Source: a virus
Direction: 5' to 3' (one strand)
Length of the DNA: 11,904 bases
UHGV virus genome: UHGV-2157276
Under the pieces are notes generated by a model. The model saw only the letters and a program-made list of their open reading frames with translations, did no database searches and was not told the origin of the DNA. The translations under genes and the position numbers were made by a program. Position 1 is the first letter of the stretch, and each line of letters starts with the position of its first letter. Positions 7,209-11,904 of the stretch are shown here, piece after piece.

Positions 7209-7498
7209 GGTGTTATTCCCGATGCTTTTTGAAGTTCGCAGAATCGTATGTGTAGAAAATTAAACAAACCCTAAACAATGAGTTGAAATTTCATATTGTT
7301 AATATTTATTAATGTATGTCAGGTGCGATGAATCGTCATTGTATTCCCGGATTAACTATGTCCACAGCCCTGACGGGGAACTTCTCTGCGGGAGTGTCCG
7401 GGAATAATTAAAAACGATGCACACAGGGTTTAGCGCGTACACGTATTGCATTATGCCAACGCCCCGGTGCTGACACGGAAGAAACCGGACGTTATGAT

Positions 7499-7909
7499 TT
7501 AGCGTGGAAAGATTTGTGTAGTGTTCTGAATGCTCTCAGTAAATAGTAATGAATTATCAAAGGTATAGTAATATCTTTTATGTTCATGGATATTTGTAAC
7601 CCATCGGAAAACTCCTGCTTTAGCAAGATTTTCCCTGTATTGCTGAAATGTGATTTCTCTTGATTTCAACCTATCATAGGACGTTTCTATAAGATGCGTG
7701 TTTCTTGAGAATTTAACATTTACAACCTTTTTAAGTCCTTTTATTAACACGGTGTTATCGTTTTCTAACACGATGTGAATATTATCTGTGGCTAGATAGT
7801 AAATATAATGTGAGACGTTGTGACGTTTTAGTTCAGAATAAAACAATTCACAGTTTAAATCTTTTCGCACTTGATCGAATATTTCTTTAAAAATGGCAAC
7901 CTGAGCCAT
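7499..7909 (-). CDS. ybcV: YbcV-like protein (DUF1398 family), function unknown; 136 aa from the best-supported start
   Basis: ORF on minus strand; the ATG at 7907-7909 ([11 protein letters not shown]...) has AAGG 8 nt upstream. In-frame upstream starts at 7951 (ATG) and 8032 (GTG) lack an RBS. AT-rich gene. Confidence 0.7.
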   Translation of the reverse strand: MAQVAIFKEIFDQVRKDLNCELFYSELKRHNVSHYIYYLATDNIHIVLENDNTVLIKGLKKVVNVKFSRNTHLIETSYDRLKSREITFQQYRENLAKAGVFRWVTNIHEHKRYYYTFDNSLLFTESIQNTTQIFPR

Positions 7910-8194
7910 TGGTAAAACCTTCCATGTGATACGAGGGCGCGTAGTTTGCATTATCGTTTTTATCGTTTCAATCTGGTCTGACCTCTTTGTGTTTTGTTGA
8001 TGATTTATGTCAAATATTAGGAATGTTTTCACTTAATAGTATTGGTTGCGTAACAAAGTGCGGTCCTGCTGGCATTCTGGAGGGAAATACAACCGACAGA
8101 TGTATGTAAGGCCAACGTGCTCAAATCTTCATACAGAAAGATTTGAAGTAATATTTTAACCGCTAGATGAAGAGCAAGCGCATGGAGCGACAAA

Positions 8195-8401
8195 ATGAAT
8201 AAAGAACAATCTGCTGATGATCCCTCCGTGGATCTGATTCGTGTAAAAAATATGCTTAATAGCACCATTTCTATGAGTTACCCTGATGTTGTAATTGCAT
8301 GTATAGAACATAAGGTGTCTCTGGAAGCATTCAGAGCAATTGAGGCAGCGTTGGTGAAGCACGATAATAATATGAAGGATTATTCCCTGGTGGTTGACTG
8401 A
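8195..8401 (+). CDS. ybcW: YbcW-like small protein, 68 aa, function unknown
   Basis: ATG at 8195 with GGAG 7 nt upstream; [68 protein letters not shown]. Confidence 0.7.
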
Positions 8402-8565
8402 TCACCATAACTGCTAATCATTCAAACTATTTAGCCTGTGACAGAGCCAACACGCAGTCTGTCACTGTCAGGAAAGTGGTAAAACTGCAACTCAATTACT
8501 GCAATGCCCTCGTAATTAAGTGAATTTACAATATCGTCCTGTTCGGAGGGAAGAACGCGGGATGT

Positions 8566-8760
8566 TCATTCTTCATCACTTTTAATTGATGTATATGCTC
8601 TCTTTTCTGACGTTAGTCTCCGACGGCAGGCTTCAATGACCCAGGCTGAGAAATTCCCGGACCCTTTTTGCTCAAGAGCGATGTTAATTTGTTCAATCAT
8701 TTGGTTAGGAAAGCGGATGTTGCGGGTTGTTGTTCTGCGGGTTCTGTTCTTCGTTGACAT
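8566..8760 (-). CDS. ylcI: YlcI-like small protein (64 aa) with predicted ribbon-helix-helix DNA-binding fold
   Basis: MSTKNRTRRTTTRNIRFPNQMIEQINIALEQKGSGNFSAWVIEACRRRL: basic N-terminal tail, beta-strand NIRFP, helix, G-x-N/S turn, second helix. This is the RHH (CopG/Arc/ParD-like) pattern. Confidence 0.7.
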   Translation of the reverse strand: MSTKNRTRRTTTRNIRFPNQMIEQINIALEQKGSGNFSAWVIEACRRRLTSEKRAYTSIKSDEE

Positions 8761-8959
8761 GAGGTTGCCCCGTATTCAGTGTCGCTGATTTGTATTGTCT
8801 GAAGTTGTTTTTACGTTAAGTTGATGCAGATCAATTAATACGATACCTGCGTCATAATTGATTATTTGACGTGGTTTGATGGCGTAGATGCACGTTGTGA
8901 CATGTAGATGATAATTATTATCATTTTGCGGGTCCTTTCCGGCGATCCGACAGGTTACG

Positions 8960-8971
8960 GGGCGGCGACCT
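8960..8971. other. cosN: lambda 12-nt cohesive-end site (GGGCGGCGACCT), flanked by cosQ-like and cosB-like sequence
   Basis: Exact GGGCGGCGACCT preceded by ...GATCCGACAGGTTACG (lambda right end) and followed by TCGCGGGTTTTCGCTATTTATGAAAATTTTCCGG (lambda left end). Confidence 0.85.
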
Positions 8972-9148
8972 CGCGGGTTTTCGCTATTTATGAAAATTTT
9001 CCGGTTTAAGGCGTTTCCGTTCTTCTTCGTCATAACTTAATGTTTTTATTTAAAATACCCTCTGAAAAGAAAGGAAGCGACAGGTGCTGAAAGCGAGCTT
9101 TTTGGCCTCTGTCGTTTCCTTTCTCTGTTTTTGTCCGTGGAATGAACA

Positions 9149-9694
9149 ATGGAAGTCAACAAAAAGCAGCTGGCTGACATTTTCGGTGCGAGTATCCGTA
9201 CCATTCAGAACTGGCAGGAACAGGGAATGCCCGTTCTGCGAGGCGGTGGCAAGGGTAATGAGGTGCTTTATGACTCTGCCGCCGTCATAAAATGGTATGC
9301 CGAAAGGGATGCTGAAATTGAGAACGAAAAGCTGCGCCGGGAGGTTGAAGAACTGCGGCAGGCCAGCGAGGCAGATCTCCAGCCAGGGACTATTGAGTAC
9401 GAACGCCATCGACTTACGCGTGCGCAGGCCGACGCACAGGAGCTGAAAAATGCCAGAGACTCCGCTGAAGTGGTGGAAACCGCATTCTGTACTTTCGTGC
9501 TGTCGCGGATCGCAGGTGAAATTGCCAGTATTCTCGACGGGATCCCCCTGTCGGTGCAGCGGCGTTTTCCGGAACTGGAAAACCGACATGTTGATTTCCT
9601 GAAACGGGATATCATCAAAGCCATGAACAAAGCAGCCGCGCTGGATGAACTGATACCGGGGTTGCTGAGTGAATATATCGAACAGTCAGGTTAA
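9149..9694 (+). CDS. nu1: Terminase small subunit Nu1, 181 aa, full length
   Basis: MEVNKKQLADIFGASIRTIQNWQEQGMPVLRGGGKGNEVLYDSAAVIKWYAERDAEIENEKLRR...; N-terminal winged-HTH. Overlaps the A start by 26 nt as in lambda. Confidence 0.95.
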   Translation: MEVNKKQLADIFGASIRTIQNWQEQGMPVLRGGGKGNEVLYDSAAVIKWYAERDAEIENEKLRREVEELRQASEADLQPGTIEYERHRLTRAQADAQELKNARDSAEVVETAFCTFVLSRIAGEIASILDGIPLSVQRRFPELENRHVDFLKRDIIKAMNKAAALDELIPGLLSEYIEQSG

Positions 9695-10730
9695 CAGGCT
9701 GCGGCATTTTGTCCGCGCCGGGCTTCGCTCACTGTTCAGGCCGGAGCCACAGACCGCCGTTGAATGGGCGGATGCTAATTACTATCTCCCGAAAGAATCC
9801 GCATACCAGGAAGGGCGCTGGGAAACACTGCCCTTTCAGCGGGCCATCATGAATGCGATGGGCAGCGACTACATCCGCGAGGTGAATGTGGTGAAGTCTG
9901 CCCGTGTTGGTTATTCCAAAATGCTGTTGGGTGTTTATGCCTACTTCATAGAGCATAAGCAGCGCAACACACTTATCTGGTTGCCGACGGATGGTGATGC
10001 CGAGAACTTTATGAAAACCCACGTTGAGCCGACCATCCGCGATATTCCGTTGCTGCTGGCGCTGGCTCCGTGGTATGGCAAAAAGCACCGGGATAACACG
10101 CTCACCATGAAGCGTTTTTCCAATGGTCGTGGCTTCTGGTGCCTGGGCGGTAAAGCGGCAAAAAACTACCGTGAAAAGTCGGTGGATGTGGCGGGTTATG
10201 ATGAACTTGCTGCCTTTGATGAGGATATTGAACAGGAAGGCTCTCCGACGTTCCTTGGCGACAAACGTATTGAAGGCTCGGTCTGGCCAAAGTCCATCCG
10301 TGGCTCCACCCCCAAAGTGAGAGGCACCTGCCAGATTGAGCGTGCAGCCAGTGAATCCCCGCATTTTATGCGTTTTCATGTTGCCTGTCCGCACTGCGGG
10401 GAGGAGCAGTACCTTAAATTTGGCGATAAAGAGACGTCGTTTGGCCTCAAATGGACGCCGGATGATCCCTCCAGCGTGTTTTATCTCTGCGAACATAATG
10501 CCTGCGTCATCCGCCAGCAGGAACTGGACTTCACTGATGCCCGTTATATCTGCGAAAAGACCGGGATCTGGACCCGTGATGGCATTCTCTGGTTTTCGTC
10601 ATCCGGTGAAGAGATTGAGCCGCCGGACAGCGTGACCTTTCACATCTGGACGGCGTACAGCCCGTTCACCACCTGGGTGCAGATTGTCAAAGACTGGATG
10701 AAAACGAAAGGGGATACCTTCTGCCCGTAA
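9669..10730 (+). pseudogene. A: Terminase large subunit gpA, N-terminal 350 of about 641 codons, truncated at a deletion junction
   Basis: MNISNSQVNRLRHFVRAGLRSLF...[14 protein letters not shown] then 3 unrelated codons (FCP) and stop. Walker-A-like KSARVGYSK is present; the C-terminal nuclease half is absent. Confidence 0.85.
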
Positions 10731-11904
10731 GGTGAATGGTAAGGCGCTTTCAGCGGATATAACACTGACGCCGAAAGATATTGGTACGCTTAACTCAACA
10801 ACAATGTCATTCAGCGGTGGTGCTGGTTGGTTCAAATTAGCAACGGTAACCATGCCACAGGCGAGTTCTGTTGTTTCAATTACGTTGATTGGTGGCGCGG
10901 GATTTAACGTGGGGTCACCTCAACAGGCAGGTATATCTGAACTTGTTTTGCGTGCAGGTAATGGTAATCCGAAGGGGATTACTGGTGCTTTATGGCAGCG
11001 CACATCGACAGGGTTTACAAATTTTGCCTGGGTCAATACATCTGGTGATACTTACGATATTTACGTTGCAATCGGAAATTATGCGACTGGTGTAAATATT
11101 CAATGGGATTATACCAGTAATGCCAGCGTGACGATTCATACGTCACCAGCATATTCTGCTAATAAGCCGGAAGGGTTAACGGACGGTACAGTTTATTCAC
11201 TCTATACGCCATCAGAGCAGTTTTATCCGCCTGGCGCACCAATCCCGTGGCCATCAGATACCGTTCCGTCTGGCTATGCCCTGATGCAGGGGCAGACTTT
11301 TGACAAATCTGCATACCCGAAACTTGCAGCCGCTTATCCGTCAGCCGTGATCCCTGATATGCGTGGCTGGACGATTAAGGGCAAACCCGCCAGTGGTCGT
11401 GCCGTATTGTCTCAGGAACAGGACGGCATTAAATCGCACACCCACAGCGCCAGCGCATCCAGTACGGATTTGGGGACGAAAAACACATCGTCGTTTGATT
11501 ACGGAACCAAATCCACGAATAACACCGGGGCGCATACCCATAGTATTAGCGGGACTGCAAATAGTGCCGGTGCGCACCAACACAAGAGTTCCGGTGCATT
11601 TGGTGGCACGAACACGAGCATTTTCCCTAATGGTTATACCGCGATTTCAAATCTAAGCGCGGGGATTATGAGCACAACAAGCGGTAGTGGCCAGACTCGT
11701 AATGCAGGGAAGACATCATCAGATGGTGCTCATACCCACTCGCTGTCCGGCACTGCTGCAAGCGCAGGCGCACATGCACATACTGTCGGTATTGGTGCTC
11801 ATACGCACTCCGTTGCGATTGGCTCACACGGACACACCATCACCGTTAACGCTGCTGGTAACGCGGAAAACACCGTCAAAAACATCGCATTTAACTATAT
11901 TGTG
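10720..11904 (+). pseudogene. stf: Side tail fibre (Stf-type) gene fragment, 5'-truncated, open to the end of the window
   Basis: Frame 1 is open from 10702 to 11904 and is not in the ORF track because it has no stop. Hand translation ends ...[60 protein letters not shown], the His-x-His repeat C-terminal region of lambda-family Stf. Possible internal starts are GTG 10732 and ATG 10804. Confidence 0.75.

Noticed and set aside
8029-8362. Minus-strand ORFs at 8029-8268 and 8156-8362
   Set aside because: Overlap the ybcV/ybcW control region and are antisense to ybcW; no RBS. The plus-strand ybcW with GGAG is the better model.
8776-9033. 85-aa minus-strand ORF
   Set aside because: Spans cosQ/cosN/cosB (it would be split in packaged DNA), has no Shine-Dalgarno and a low-complexity translation.
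9729-10496. 255-aa minus-strand ORF, plus shorter ORFs at 9268-9630, 9941-10123, 10102-10290, 10123-10320, 10336-10635 and 10599-10853
   Set aside because: All are antisense or off-frame overlaps of the well-supported nu1 and A coding sequences, the kind of spurious open frames expected in GC-rich coding DNA.
10889-11656. ORFs at 10889-11095 (+), 11341-11583 (-) and 11363-11656 (+)
   Set aside because: Off-frame or antisense within the tail-fibre reading frame, which is open across the whole interval in frame 1.
1-11904. Looked for tRNA genes, CRISPR repeats, integrons and transposase genes
   Set aside because: No cloverleaf-compatible segment, no regularly spaced direct repeats other than the 2 x 15 bp at 5141-5170, and no transposase-like ORF.

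Overview
The window runs from the host gene ybhC, across the attL junction of a lambda-type prophage integrated at the lambda attachment site, into a heavily reduced mosaic prophage. I did not find a clearly novel system: there is no tRNA, CRISPR array or IS element, and almost every ORF is a recognisable lambdoid function. Protein identities are recognised from the translations and from memory of lambda, phage 21 and the K-12 DLP12 prophage; no database search was run. Gene order: ybhC (-) | attL core | int, xis (-) | inferred deletion junction | ybcO-like remnant, rusA, ylcG, Q-type antiterminator (+) | nmpC-type porin (-) | pinholin, SAR endolysin, Rz with embedded Rz1 (+) | bor, ybcV (-) | ybcW (+) | ylcI-like (-) | cos | nu1 | A truncated at about codon 350 | inferred deletion junction | side-tail-fibre fragment running off the window. 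Immunity, replication, recombination, head and tail genes are all absent. The most plausible places for undescribed biology are the small AT-rich cargo genes between the lysis cassette and cos (ybcV, ybcW and a ribbon-helix-helix-like ylcI) and several regulatory structures (a tandem 15-bp repeat in the porin leader, hairpin clusters, a candidate late promoter and terminator).
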